Below, piece by piece: positions 17,978 to 27,347 of a DNA stretch of 64,000 nucleotides; the stretch's first letter is position 1, and each line of letters begins with the position of its first letter. The notes under the pieces are model-generated. The model was not told the DNA's origin. It did not search any database and worked only from the letters and a program-made list of their open reading frames with translations. This DNA comes from Candidatus Omnitrophota bacterium (GTDB lineage Bacteria > Omnitrophota > Gorgyraeia > Zapsychrales > Zapsychraceae): NCBI GenBank assembly GCA_035292445.1, contig DATDQB010000001.1:7530-71529 (forward strand), given 5' to 3'. A program made the position numbers and the translations under genes.

Positions 17978-18092
17978 AATTACCACAATGTTTATTCCAG
18001 AGAAATTTGCGCCAACCCCGCCAGTGCGGGGTGGGCGCATCTTTAAACAACGCAAAACTATATCATCAATCAATTTCACTGCAAAGAACTAT

Positions 18093-18551
18093 TTACTTTA
18101 CTGCCGGCTCTTCTTTGGGGTAAATGTCCGCGAACAGCCTCTCGTTGGAATCCAAACGCACATAGGCCAGCCTGAATTTTTTCATATGGTTCTGTGACCA
18201 AACAAAATCATTGGGTGATCTGAATTTGACCTCTTTGGCCGGGTTCATTTGCGAAACCGGATGGATGACAACGCTTTTCTCCAAGGGGCGATAGAGAATT
18301 TGCCCGTGAAAAGAAAGCCCCCTGATCTTAATATCAAACGCCGCATCATTGAGGATCTGAAAGACCAAATCGTTCCCGTCGTAACCCACAAAATAGGCCC
18401 TGACCTTCTCTTCTTTTAGAACGCCGAGATCTTCGGCAAAAACCGGTACAATTCCCCCTAAACAGCCAATAATGAGAACAAGGGCAACAACCAAGCTTTT
18501 TCTTATTTGGCCTCTCGCCTTAGGCATCTTCTTTGTCCGCTTCGAAGCCAT
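18093..18551 (-). CDS. Hypothetical membrane-anchored protein
   Basis: 152 aa with a basic N-terminus, one TM helix (LVVALVLIIGCLGGIVPVFA) and no recognisable motifs. Confidence 0.5.
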   Translation of the reverse strand: MASKRTKKMPKARGQIRKSLVVALVLIIGCLGGIVPVFAEDLGVLKEEKVRAYFVGYDGNDLVFQILNDAAFDIKIRGLSFHGQILYRPLEKSVVIHPVSQMNPAKEVKFRSPNDFVWSQNHMKKFRLAYVRLDSNERLFADIYPKEEPAVK

Positions 18552-18729
18552 CGACCACTTTCTTGACTTCCAATTCGGCCTTTTCGATCTTTGCTTTACA
18601 CGACTTGATCAACGAAACGGCCTCCTTGACTTTATCGGCCAGCTCATCAACATCAATGGTTTCGTTCTCGATCTTTTGTATGATCTCTTCCAATTTCTCG
18701 ATGGATTTACTGTATTTGGCATCCGTCAT
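18520..18729 (-). CDS. xseB: Exodeoxyribonuclease VII small subunit
   Basis: The internal start MTDAKYSKSIEKLEEIIQKIENETIDVDELADKVKEA is the typical XseB helical hairpin. The track ORF is extended upstream to 18810. Confidence 0.85.
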   Translation of the reverse strand: MTDAKYSKSIEKLEEIIQKIENETIDVDELADKVKEAVSLIKSCKAKIEKAELEVKKVVDGFEADKEDA

Positions 18730-18733
18730 TTGT

Positions 18734-20071
18734 TTACTCCTTACTGATTTTGACCACTTGGCTTTCAATCGTTCCTTTGGCCAATTCCGTTGTGATCTTA
18801 ACCTCGGCATGCAGGCCGGTTGTGTTTTTTAACAATTTTCCCTCACCCGTGCGGGTGATGCTGAAACCCCTTTTCATTGTATTGACGGGACTGGCTACGT
18901 CAATGATCTTTTGATACCCTTGCAGTTTTGATTTATCGTTATGCACACGCGATTTAACCGACTTGGCCAGTGTCTCCCGGTAACGAATGAGATTCTTATG
19001 ATGCTCTCTTAATATGAGAGAAGGACGGGTTTTAACAGCCTCCGCCATACGAATAATATGAGCGCTGTGGTCTTTGAAAAATTGATGCGTCGAAGATTGT
19101 AAACCAAGCGCGCGACCTTTAAGTTCCGCCTTTTCCTCCTCAATCATATCAAAAGCCTTTTCGATAATTCCTTCCTGATACCGATCCAACTGCTCACAAA
19201 AATCTTGAATACGCTCAACTAGGAATTTGGCGATAGCCGTCGGGGTCTTGGCATGCGTATGGGCCGCCAGGTCCGTGACGGTTATATTGATCTCATGGCC
19301 GATCCCGCTAAGAACCGGAAGTGTTGAGGCGGCGATCCTTTTGACTATCATTTCGCTGTCGAAGCAGCTCAGCTCCGAAAGGCTCCCTCCACCGCGGGTG
19401 ATGACAATGGCGTCCAACCCTTTGATACGGCTTAGATCCTCCATGGCCGAACACACGTCTTTTTCCGCTTTTTTCCCCTGCATCAAAGAGTTACGCAAAT
19501 AAACCTTAAAACCGTAACCGCTCTTTTTTAATTCGGAGAGAAAGTCATTATAAGCCGCCGAATCATCGGAGGTGACAACGCCGACATGCAAAGGAACCCG
19601 CGTCAGCTCGAGCTGTTTATTCTTATCCAAGGCCCCTTCTTCTTTCAAACGGGCTATGAGCTTCTGCTTTTCCTGGGCCATTTTGCCCAACGTGAAAAAA
19701 GGATCGATGCTTTCAACGCTCAGACGGACCCGCCCGTGCGGCGGATAAAAATCCACCTGGCATAAAAATTTGACCTCGATATCATCCCTGATCTCAAAGA
19801 CGTCTTCCGCCGATCTACAAACGGTTTCGATAGCGCCTTTTTTGCCGGCCCAGATCACCAGATCGATGGTCGCTTTTTGCTGATGGGAATCAGGGTCTTT
19901 CTCGACCAGCTGGAAAAAAATATGGTTCTTGCCCTTCTGCCGGTCATAACCCTGGATCTCGCCGCAGACCCATACCGGCTGGGGAAATCCGGCCTGGATC
20001 ACATCCTTGATAAAGGTGTTCAGTTGGGATACGGTTAGAAATTCTTCATTCATCGGGAAAAGTTCTTTCAT
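18734..20071 (-). CDS. xseA: Exodeoxyribonuclease VII large subunit
   Basis: 445 aa. N-terminal OB-fold signature LTVSQLNTFIKDVIQAGFPQPVWVCGEIQGY. Confidence 0.9.
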   Translation of the reverse strand: MKELFPMNEEFLTVSQLNTFIKDVIQAGFPQPVWVCGEIQGYDRQKGKNHIFFQLVEKDPDSHQQKATIDLVIWAGKKGAIETVCRSAEDVFEIRDDIEVKFLCQVDFYPPHGRVRLSVESIDPFFTLGKMAQEKQKLIARLKEEGALDKNKQLELTRVPLHVGVVTSDDSAAYNDFLSELKKSGYGFKVYLRNSLMQGKKAEKDVCSAMEDLSRIKGLDAIVITRGGGSLSELSCFDSEMIVKRIAASTLPVLSGIGHEINITVTDLAAHTHAKTPTAIAKFLVERIQDFCEQLDRYQEGIIEKAFDMIEEEKAELKGRALGLQSSTHQFFKDHSAHIIRMAEAVKTRPSLILREHHKNLIRYRETLAKSVKSRVHNDKSKLQGYQKIIDVASPVNTMKRGFSITRTGEGKLLKNTTGLHAEVKITTELAKGTIESQVVKISKE

Positions 20072-20786
20072 CCGTTTCTTCTCTAAAATTCAACTGTTCG
20101 CCCAGGCGGGTCTTAATCTGATAATATAATTCCACCTGCGCGATCATCAGATACGGCATGATCAATACCGCCATCACCTTATGGATCCCGCTACCTAACG
20201 ATGGATAAAGCTTCGACCCTAATTGGAAAATAAGTTCGGGGATCAAGGAAATGCCTATGACAATAAAAAGGTAGCTCAAGACTTTCCAAAAGAACGGCCG
20301 GACCAGCCGCGCGCTCCATTGAAAAGATGAGCGGAATTTGGCATTTTCTACCACGACCAAGATATCGGTAAACAAAAAGACCGTGGCAAAATATAAACCC
20401 GGCAAGACGAATAAAATAAACCCGAAGCCCATGATAAAAAGTAACGTCAAATAGACGGCCAAATAAAGCGCGTATTTTCGACGGGCAACACTTAAAGCTT
20501 GATCGAAGGTCACTGCCTTCCCTTGGACCAACTGGGAACTGGCATGAATAATGGCGATTGAAGCCCAGGAAGCCAAAAGGATGTTGATAACGGCTTTGAA
20601 AAAAAGCAATTCTTCATTCTTCAAAGTCAATCTCGATAAAATAAGGCCGCCCACCTCGCCTAAAATGGCATAAACCAGGCTGACCGTCACAAATAATTGG
20701 AACGCCTGCTGATACCTTTGAAGGGCACTCCGAAGGACCTGGCTTAAAAAAATAGGATTGTCTCCAATATGATATTCATCGGACAT
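20046..20786 (-). CDS. Hypothetical polytopic membrane protein (DUF975/GPDPase-membrane-domain-like)
   Basis: 246 aa with five or six predicted TM helices and no catalytic motifs. Confidence 0.5.
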   Translation of the reverse strand: MSDEYHIGDNPIFLSQVLRSALQRYQQAFQLFVTVSLVYAILGEVGGLILSRLTLKNEELLFFKAVINILLASWASIAIIHASSQLVQGKAVTFDQALSVARRKYALYLAVYLTLLFIMGFGFILFVLPGLYFATVFLFTDILVVVENAKFRSSFQWSARLVRPFFWKVLSYLFIVIGISLIPELIFQLGSKLYPSLGSGIHKVMAVLIMPYLMIAQVELYYQIKTRLGEQLNFREETDERTFPDE

Positions 20787-20788
20787 GA

Positions 20789-21295
20789 TTAACTCCCTAA
20801 TAGAGTAAAATAAATATCGTAGTCCTCTTGCGAGAAACAGGCGAAAATGACTTGTTCGAGCGTTTGTTCCTTTGAAGCAAATGCCTTTACGGTTGCTACG
20901 GCAATCCGCGCGGCCGGTTCCTTGGGAAAACGATAAACTCCTGTGCTGATGCAGGGAAAAGCGATCGTTTTTAACTTATGCTGATCGGCGATTTCCAATG
21001 AACGCCGGTAACAACCGGCCAACAGCTCCTCTTCTCTGCCTTTTCCTCCGTGCCAAACAGGACCGACGGCGTGAATGACGTGCTTCGCCGCCAAACTATA
21101 TCCTTTCGTGATTTTGGCCTCGCCCGTTGGGCAGCCGCCCAAGGCACGGCACTCCTCAAGAAGCTTTTCCCCGGCGGCGCGATGAATGGCGCCGTCCACA
21201 CCGCCGCCGCCCAGTAAAGACGTATTGGCGGCATTAACGATCGCATCCACCTTCAATTTTGTGATATCCCCCAAATAAACTTTCAGCTCTATCAT
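20789..21295 (-). CDS. Macro domain protein (O-acetyl-ADP-ribose deacetylase, YmdB-like)
   Basis: [34 protein letters not shown]...[14 protein letters not shown] is a canonical macro-domain signature. Confidence 0.88.
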   Translation of the reverse strand: MIELKVYLGDITKLKVDAIVNAANTSLLGGGGVDGAIHRAAGEKLLEECRALGGCPTGEAKITKGYSLAAKHVIHAVGPVWHGGKGREEELLAGCYRRSLEIADQHKLKTIAFPCISTGVYRFPKEPAARIAVATVKAFASKEQTLEQVIFACFSQEDYDIYFTLLGS

Positions 21296-21621
21296 TATTT
21301 ACACAAAGCCAGTTTTAACGTGACGTGCTCCTCATCCGACCATGGCCAAAACATGGCGATGACCGTCCCTTCGGATGTATCCTTCCTGAATAACATTTGA
21401 TTGGCATAAATACCGCCGAAACTTTCCGCTATTTTCTGGTCTTCAGGGCTGGGTTTTTCTCCGGCAGGTTTGACCGCCGGGCCAAGCTCCTGTTCCAGGA
21501 TCTTTTGCCATGCTTGCAAATCCCGGTAAGAAAAAACGAGTTCATTGTAATTCGCGGTACTGCTTCTTTGCTCAAAGACCGTCAGCGTACTGCATTTTCC
21601 CATGATCTTGGCCAAATCCAT
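21295..21621 (-). CDS. Hypothetical protein
   Basis: 108 aa soluble protein. Its stop overlaps the macro-domain start by 1 nt. No motif recognised. Confidence 0.45.
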   Translation of the reverse strand: MDLAKIMGKCSTLTVFEQRSSTANYNELVFSYRDLQAWQKILEQELGPAVKPAGEKPSPEDQKIAESFGGIYANQMLFRKDTSEGTVIAMFWPWSDEEHVTLKLALCK

Positions 21622-21660
21622 CCGTTGTTCTCCTTTTCACAAAATAAAAAACGGCCCTTA

Positions 21661-22977
21661 TCAATTAAATTGATTATTATTCATGAACCGCACAATATGA
21701 TTATCCAATAAGATATGGTGCTTTTGAATAGGCCGCTTGAGGATGAGCCCTTCGAAATTGGTGCAACGGCTTAAGGCCACGTAAATTTGTCCCGGGGCAA
21801 AAGTTCCCTCGCCGATATCGACAATGACTTTGGAAAACGTCTTGCCCTGGCTTTTGTGGATGGTCACGGCCCAGGCCAGCCGGAGAGGAAACTGCGTAAA
21901 AGAGCCGACCGTTTCGGATTCGACCCTCTGGCTTTCTTCATTGTAAAAGAACTGGAACATTTCCCAGCTAAAGGGCGTCACGTGGACAATGGTGCCGTCC
22001 ATGATCTCCACCTTGATCATCGCTTCATCCTCGTGGAAAGAAAGGACGCGGCCGATGGTGCCGTTGATCCAGCGGCTCATAGGATCGTTATTCAAAAGCA
22101 TGACCTGGGCGCCTATTTTTAAGTTCAGCACTTCATTGGTCGGGAGGTTTTTATTTTCGAAAGTCCCGCTCACTTCGCCTTCATAGCGAAAAGCTTGCGT
22201 GTCCAGTTCATCGAGGCGCTTTTGATTGATCTGATCCGCGACAGCATTGGTGGTTGTCAGGTAAACATAAAATTCATCGCGGTCAGGTTCGAAATCCGGC
22301 TTATAGCGCGTGTTCAAATGACGGATATGTTCCGGCGTGGCCGACTTGATCCTGATCTGCCCTAACAGATGGATGAAATCCTCCTCTTTCTGGCGATAGA
22401 TCTTATCCAATTCCAGATAATGCATCTTCAGGTACGGATAGGATTTGGCGTCGAAAAAATACGGGCTTTTATAAAACCCTTCGAAGATCGACCTCTCCTC
22501 GAAGTTAACGACCGGCGGCAATTGATATAGATCGCCGATAAAGACCATCTGAACGCCCCCGAAAGGAAGACCTTCATGGGGCCCGTACAATTGTAAGAAC
22601 TGATCGATGCAATCCAGCAGATCCGCGCGGACCATAGAGATCTCATCGATGATGATCGTGTCGATATGCCCGCACATCGCCCGCCTTGATTTGGGGACGC
22701 GCAACGAGCCGACCGCTTCAGGGGTGATGTCCGGCTTGAACCCAAAGAACGAATGAATGGTCTGGCCGCGGACATTGATGGCGGCAACCCCCGTTGGGGC
22801 CAACACGGCCACATTTTTTGATGTGTGGTCCCGAAAATAGTTAAGAAGCGTGGATTTGCCCGTTCCGGCCTTACCGGTAATGAAAATATTTTTATTGGTT
22901 TCATCCAGCAGGCCGCAGGCCTTTTCAAATTTCTCGTTGAAATCCAAGCTGTCGTATGCGATGGTTTTCGGCTTCAT
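21661..22977 (-). CDS. PIF1/RecD-like superfamily 1 DNA helicase
   Basis: Walker A ITGKAGTGKSTLL, then VLAPTGVAAINV, Walker B IIIDEISMV, and C-terminal VALSRCTNFEGL typical of the PIF1 family. Confidence 0.85.
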   Translation of the reverse strand: MKPKTIAYDSLDFNEKFEKACGLLDETNKNIFITGKAGTGKSTLLNYFRDHTSKNVAVLAPTGVAAINVRGQTIHSFFGFKPDITPEAVGSLRVPKSRRAMCGHIDTIIIDEISMVRADLLDCIDQFLQLYGPHEGLPFGGVQMVFIGDLYQLPPVVNFEERSIFEGFYKSPYFFDAKSYPYLKMHYLELDKIYRQKEEDFIHLLGQIRIKSATPEHIRHLNTRYKPDFEPDRDEFYVYLTTTNAVADQINQKRLDELDTQAFRYEGEVSGTFENKNLPTNEVLNLKIGAQVMLLNNDPMSRWINGTIGRVLSFHEDEAMIKVEIMDGTIVHVTPFSWEMFQFFYNEESQRVESETVGSFTQFPLRLAWAVTIHKSQGKTFSKVIVDIGEGTFAPGQIYVALSRCTNFEGLILKRPIQKHHILLDNHIVRFMNNNQFN

Positions 22978-23478
22978 TTAGCAAAACCGGCTTAAAAAGT
23001 TGATAACCTCATGGTGGGTCAAAATGCCTTCGATGCGCTTCTCTTTGTCCACGATAGGAATGCAACTCAATTTCTTATTGGCCATGTGAAGGATGGCTTC
23101 CGCCAGCGTATCTTCTTGTGTCAACGTCAAGGGATTCTTCTGCATGACTTTTGAAAGAATGTAACTGTCCAGCATATCTTTGGTATAAAACGCATCCTCC
23201 CCATCGCGCAAAAGATCGGGCCGGTATTCCATTTCTTCGCTGACGATCTTGCGCGGGGAGCGTGTCTTGTATAAATACTTCTGGCTGATCAATCCGAGCA
23301 CTTTGCGCTCATTATCGACCACAACCAGATGCGTCACGTTATCAGCGGTAAATTTCACATGGGCCTCGCTAAGCTCATCATCCACATTAATGGTCAGCGC
23401 ATGCTTGTTCATCAGGAATTTGAGCTTCGTTTGTTTGAGGACATCAAAATGGTCTGATTTATGGGGCGGACCTTCCAT
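22978..23478 (-). CDS. CBS domain pair protein
   Basis: Two CBS-like segments (HLVVVDNERKVLGLIS and LSCIPIVDKEKRIEGILTHHEVINFL). Confidence 0.7.
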   Translation of the reverse strand: MEGPPHKSDHFDVLKQTKLKFLMNKHALTINVDDELSEAHVKFTADNVTHLVVVDNERKVLGLISQKYLYKTRSPRKIVSEEMEYRPDLLRDGEDAFYTKDMLDSYILSKVMQKNPLTLTQEDTLAEAILHMANKKLSCIPIVDKEKRIEGILTHHEVINFLSRFC

Positions 23479-23501
23479 ATCAGCCTCCTTCTCGTAGTCA
23501 T

Positions 23502-24875
23502 CTATTGCCCGTACAGCTGCAGCATTTGCTCGATCGTTGCTTCATTCTCAACGGCCTTTTCCTGCATTTTTTTCATTTGCTCTTCGGTATCGGCATGCAA
23601 TTTGCGCTCCAACTCAGAGACTCTTTGCTGGTCCGATACCTTCCAAGCCCTCTTCGGCAGCTCTTCGGCCGGAACAAGCCCCATTTCTTCCTTCAACCCT
23701 TCCAGGTCGATGTTCTTATGGGCAGCAACCACTTTCAACGTCGCTTCGCTCTCGTATAACCACTGTGCCATGGCAGTTAAAAGAGGCTGGGACTCTTGTA
23801 TTATTGCCTGATAAGCCTTTTTTCTCTGTGGCTCTTGTTGCTTGTATTCCTCGATCAATGTAGTGAAATCAACAACCCGCGTGCTCTTCAAACGTTCAAA
23901 AACCCCATTGGTGATCTGCTGGGCCTGGGAGAAGCGTTCGGCTAAATGCTGATGATGCGCATTTAAATTTCCCAACGCGACGTCTTGCTCTTTCTCGATG
24001 CGGTCAAAGATCTTGACCAACTTTGCCATGTCATCGGCATCCGCTTCAGTCAAATTCTCCACCAATGCGTCCAATTCTTCTTCAAACTGCTGGTTATTTT
24101 CCTTTAATTTGTCATTGGTCCCCTGCGTGTTATTAAGGAAAAATTTGTACTCATGCTCCAAGATCAACGCTAATTCCGTCAAATCTGCCAACTGACCAAG
24201 CGGTTGGATGAGATTTTGATCCATATAAAAAGCGATCTGATTGTCGATGGCCTGTACGCTTTCCTTCAGGCAAACAGACATATCGGTGCACCCCCAACGC
24301 GAAGCTTCAAAGGGGCTCGTCAAGATATCATGCGTTTCCAAAAGAATCTTATTAATAATGGACAACTCTTGATCCGGCCTCATGATGATCGTCTTCGCCA
24401 GATTCAGGATTTGTTCATGCTGGGCCGTCAACTGCTGCCCTCGAAGCGTAACATCCGGCTGCTGGGCCAATTGAATGATCTGTTCTTGATACGGGTCCAT
24501 CAATTCATTTTGTGCTTTTAACCGGTCAAATTCGCCCTGAATAACAGGAATGAGCTTGATAATCTCTTCATAAAATTGCCGGTTGAGCTCCATCAAAGCC
24601 GTCGTGTTTTCAGTCCGGGTTTTGAGAAAATCATTTTTACGAGCGTCGGCCATCTTAAGTTTATTTTGTAACTCAGATACATGCTGTTGCAGGTCGATGG
24701 TTTCGACTTTTTTGGACCAGTAGCTGTCATCTTTATCCGTAGATGTCAGACCGCCCTTGGCCAAGAGTTCTTGCAAAGGAGTCACGCCGCCCCGCTCATG
24801 AAGCGCCTTTTGGTAGGAATAGAAAGCCATCGCGACAATGGCTATAACGACAATTATAAAGGTTCGGTCACCCAT
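23502..24875 (-). CDS. Membrane-anchored long coiled-coil protein (EzrA-like topology), hypothetical
   Basis: 457 aa. N-terminal TM helix (TFIIVVIAIVAMAFYSY) followed by about 430 aa of heptad-rich, Glu/Lys/Gln-rich sequence. Confidence 0.45.
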   Translation of the reverse strand: MGDRTFIIVVIAIVAMAFYSYQKALHERGGVTPLQELLAKGGLTSTDKDDSYWSKKVETIDLQQHVSELQNKLKMADARKNDFLKTRTENTTALMELNRQFYEEIIKLIPVIQGEFDRLKAQNELMDPYQEQIIQLAQQPDVTLRGQQLTAQHEQILNLAKTIIMRPDQELSIINKILLETHDILTSPFEASRWGCTDMSVCLKESVQAIDNQIAFYMDQNLIQPLGQLADLTELALILEHEYKFFLNNTQGTNDKLKENNQQFEEELDALVENLTEADADDMAKLVKIFDRIEKEQDVALGNLNAHHQHLAERFSQAQQITNGVFERLKSTRVVDFTTLIEEYKQQEPQRKKAYQAIIQESQPLLTAMAQWLYESEATLKVVAAHKNIDLEGLKEEMGLVPAEELPKRAWKVSDQQRVSELERKLHADTEEQMKKMQEKAVENEATIEQMLQLYGQ

Positions 24876-24964
24876 TTATCATTTATGAATATTAGTATTG
24901 ATATAAGTAGGCTTATTCTAACCCGAATCGGATTATTTCTCAAGCGTCCAACAATAAAAACAGA

Positions 24965-25180
24965 CTATTGGGTTGCCGGGCCTTTCATGGCATCTGCTGA
25001 CGAAGACTGCAGAACTTTACCCGTAATCGGGCACATCTTACCGGCTTTCGAGCCAAAAGGACAAAAAGAAGATTTGGAAGTTCCGTAAGGGTACTTTAGC
25101 GTACACCAAATCCCTCCTAAAAAAAACGTATTAGTGGCAAGCAGCACAACGACCGTGATCCTATAAAATGAATCTCTCAT
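24965..25180 (-). CDS. Small cysteine-containing secreted/membrane peptide, hypothetical
   Basis: 71 aa. AAAGGAG Shine-Dalgarno site 8 nt upstream of the ATG, a hydrophobic N-terminus, then four Cys residues (C-x15-C-x10-C pattern). Confidence 0.45.
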   Translation of the reverse strand: MRDSFYRITVVVLLATNTFFLGGIWCTLKYPYGTSKSSFCPFGSKAGKMCPITGKVLQSSSADAMKGPATQ

Positions 25181-25215
25181 TTCAACAACTCCTTTTTACA
25201 TGGTTAAAACGGTTC

Positions 25216-25828
25216 TTAAAATGCGGCCTCCGGAGCGCTGGCAAACGCCCTTTCTTCACTGGTCGGACGCCGATCAAAAATGGGGTTGCGATGGGGAAAA
25301 CGGCCGAATTTCTTGATGGTATCGTAATGTTTCTGCGCATAATCAAAGACCCTTTGATAAAAGGCCAAATTCGCATCAGCGTTTTCCTGCGCCTCTTTGA
25401 CCAACCGCCTGAAATGCATCATAGACATTTCCTGAAGTTCCCTGTTCTCGGAATGCATAAGCGGAAAGTAAAAAAACATCCGTTGATATAAGGGGAGCCC
25501 TTCATCCATCCCTGACTTTAACGCCCTTAAACCATATTCCAGGGCTTTGAGCTCGTAATTAAAGGCCTCTCTTCCCCTGATAAATACGCCGCGGAAACTG
25601 ATCCAATAAAATGACAAGCGCCAATTGCCCCTCCGGAGAATTCTTCCATTGGTCATATCCGCCTTTGGCCGCTTTGTCCACATCGTCCCTGAATCGCTGC
25701 TGGATAATGGCACCCACGGCTTCATCTTGGCCAAACCAACGCCGGGCGTATTCGCGTTCAGGAGAAAGAATGGTCTCTGCCCCGACTCCCTCGAACCAAA
25801 AATTGATAATGTCTTCTTGTCTTGTCAT
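25216..25828 (-). pseudogene. DUF924 family gene disrupted by a frameshift in a C/G homopolymer near 25571-25580
   Basis: ORF 25559-25828 carries the DUF924 N-terminus (INFWF...LALVILLDQFPRRIY). ORF 25216-25734, in another frame, carries the continuation (REAFNYELKAL...FYFPLMHSENRELQ...FGRFPHRNPIFDRRPTSEE). The junction falls in a cccc run (plus 25574-25577). Confidence 0.65.
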
Positions 25829-25887
25829 AGAGAGATATCATTTTAACACAACCTTCCAAGGAGGAAAACCACTAATCTTCCAATAAT

Positions 25888-25920
25888 AAAAAAAGGACCA
25901 ATCATTCTTGATTGGTCCCT
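25888..25920 (-). terminator. Rho-independent terminator downstream of the small secreted protein gene
   Basis: Stem ggaccaatca / tgattggtcc (10 bp) with a ttct loop. A 7-nt A-run on the plus strand gives a T-run after the hairpin on the minus strand. Confidence 0.65.
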
Positions 25921-25944
25921 TGGCTGAAGAGGCTGATAAGTGAA

Positions 25945-26226
25945 TTATTCCACTGGAAATGTTGCCATATCAATGGCCCCTGAGCCGGCTTTTTTCACCA
26001 CATGAAACGGTGACTCGATCAAACCTTTAAAAAGCCCTAAAACTTTGATGTCTGAACCATCATACCCCGCTTTGGTGTGATCATAAATAGCCAGCGGCGA
26101 CTTGGCGACATCAACTGCCCCTTTCGTGAATTTCTCCACTGGTTTGGGCAGGTCTCCCGCATAAACCAGCGCTGCCGTGCTGACGACAAATGCAAAAGCC
26201 ACTACCATGAGTAAGGCTTTTCTCAT
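25945..26226 (-). CDS. Small secreted protein, hypothetical (strong SD; probably highly expressed)
   Basis: AAGGAGGTG lies 6 nt upstream of the ATG at 26226 (MRKALLMVVAFAFVVSTAALVYA, signal peptide). The track ORF starts three codons earlier at 26235. Followed by a terminator. Confidence 0.6.
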   Translation of the reverse strand: MRKALLMVVAFAFVVSTAALVYAGDLPKPVEKFTKGAVDVAKSPLAIYDHTKAGYDGSDIKVLGLFKGLIESPFHVVKKAGSGAIDMATFPVE

Positions 26227-26348
26227 TGATCCCACCTCCTTAAGCCAAACAGCTAGCTCTAGTATAAGTATGCCACATGGGAGCTCATAAAGACAAAGGC
26301 AGGAAGAAACAGATAAATACTCTATATATAAAACGGAGGATTAATATA

Positions 26349-26795
26349 TTACCAGGGAGCGTATTGCATTTGGGTGCAGATGGCTTGGGTATTGCACAAA
26401 ATGGTCCCGTCGACCTGGATATAAAGCGTATAGGCATTGGTTAACCGTACAATATGGGCATAAACCGGATAATTAACCGAATTAATGGTCACATTCGGAG
26501 GTGAACCCGAACCGTTAAAATCTAAAACAGGCGCATTAAAATTCTTTAAATTTACAATATCCACATCTAAATAAGCAAGATTATACGACCCGATACGCCC
26601 CTCGGCCACATCGACATCCGCACTCAGCTGGGCCTGCAGTATGCTCTGAAGCACATGAAGGCCTTCTTTAGACCTGAAGAGTTCGATCGCTGTCCCAAGG
26701 CGCGGAATGGCCAGGGAAGCCAAGACCCCCAAGATAACAATGACGACCATGATCTCAATAATGGTAAAGGCATTTTTTTGTTTTCTATTATACAT
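26349..26795 (-). CDS. Type IV pilin / pseudopilin-like protein with prepilin N-terminal methylation motif
   Basis: MYNRKQKNAFTIIEIMVVIVILGVLASLAIP is a class III signal sequence with the conserved Glu at +5. 148 aa. Confidence 0.8.
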   Translation of the reverse strand: MYNRKQKNAFTIIEIMVVIVILGVLASLAIPRLGTAIELFRSKEGLHVLQSILQAQLSADVDVAEGRIGSYNLAYLDVDIVNLKNFNAPVLDFNGSGSPPNVTINSVNYPVYAHIVRLTNAYTLYIQVDGTILCNTQAICTQMQYAPW

Positions 26796-26825
26796 ACCAG
26801 CTCACCATTGATAAGTATATCACTA

Positions 26826-27347
26826 CTACCCGCCCCTTTCCCGCTCGAAAACATAAATTAACAATAGCCCTAACGCCGCACTGATACAATTTAACCGCAC
26901 ATCCACCAGTTCATAATATCTGTTGGGCAAGAAGCCTTGAATGCCTTCGTCGATCCAACCCAATAGGCCGGCCATTATAAAGGCCGAGACATAGGCCAAG
27001 GACCGCTTAACGTCCAGCCGAAGGGCACGGTAAAGAAAGTACGCTAATACGCCGTATTCGATAAAATGAATTTTTTCTGCGGGAAATCTAATTTTGGATA
27101 ACCCATAGATGTAACACAGGATGACAAAAGAGCAAAGGACATAACTGGACGGCTTACGAAATCCCCGGCGAAGCAGGTATCCGAAGATCAAACCCCCTAC
27201 CGCCAAAAGAACAACCATGTTGGTTAGAAGATCAAACGGCGTCCGTTCCTGAATGAATTCCACCAAACCGGGAACAAAATAAAGCGTGGAATAGATCAAC
27301 GTGACCCATCCCGCAACCCATGACCAATATTGTGCCCTGATACTCAC
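26826..27347 (-). CDS. VanZ-like family membrane protein
   Basis: Four TM helices. Conserved VanZ C-terminal motif GWIDEGIQGFLPNRYYELVDVRLNCISAALG. Confidence 0.7.
   Translation of the reverse strand: MSIRAQYWSWVAGWVTLIYSTLYFVPGLVEFIQERTPFDLLTNMVVLLAVGGLIFGYLLRRGFRKPSSYVLCSFVILCYIYGLSKIRFPAEKIHFIEYGVLAYFLYRALRLDVKRSLAYVSAFIMAGLLGWIDEGIQGFLPNRYYELVDVRLNCISAALGLLLIYVFERERGG

Noticed and set aside
17885-18079. N-terminal 65-aa extension of the second GIY-YIG ORF
   Set aside because: The extension covers the tRNA-like GC-rich palindromic region and has no GIY-YIG homology. The domain starts at MFYVYILK.
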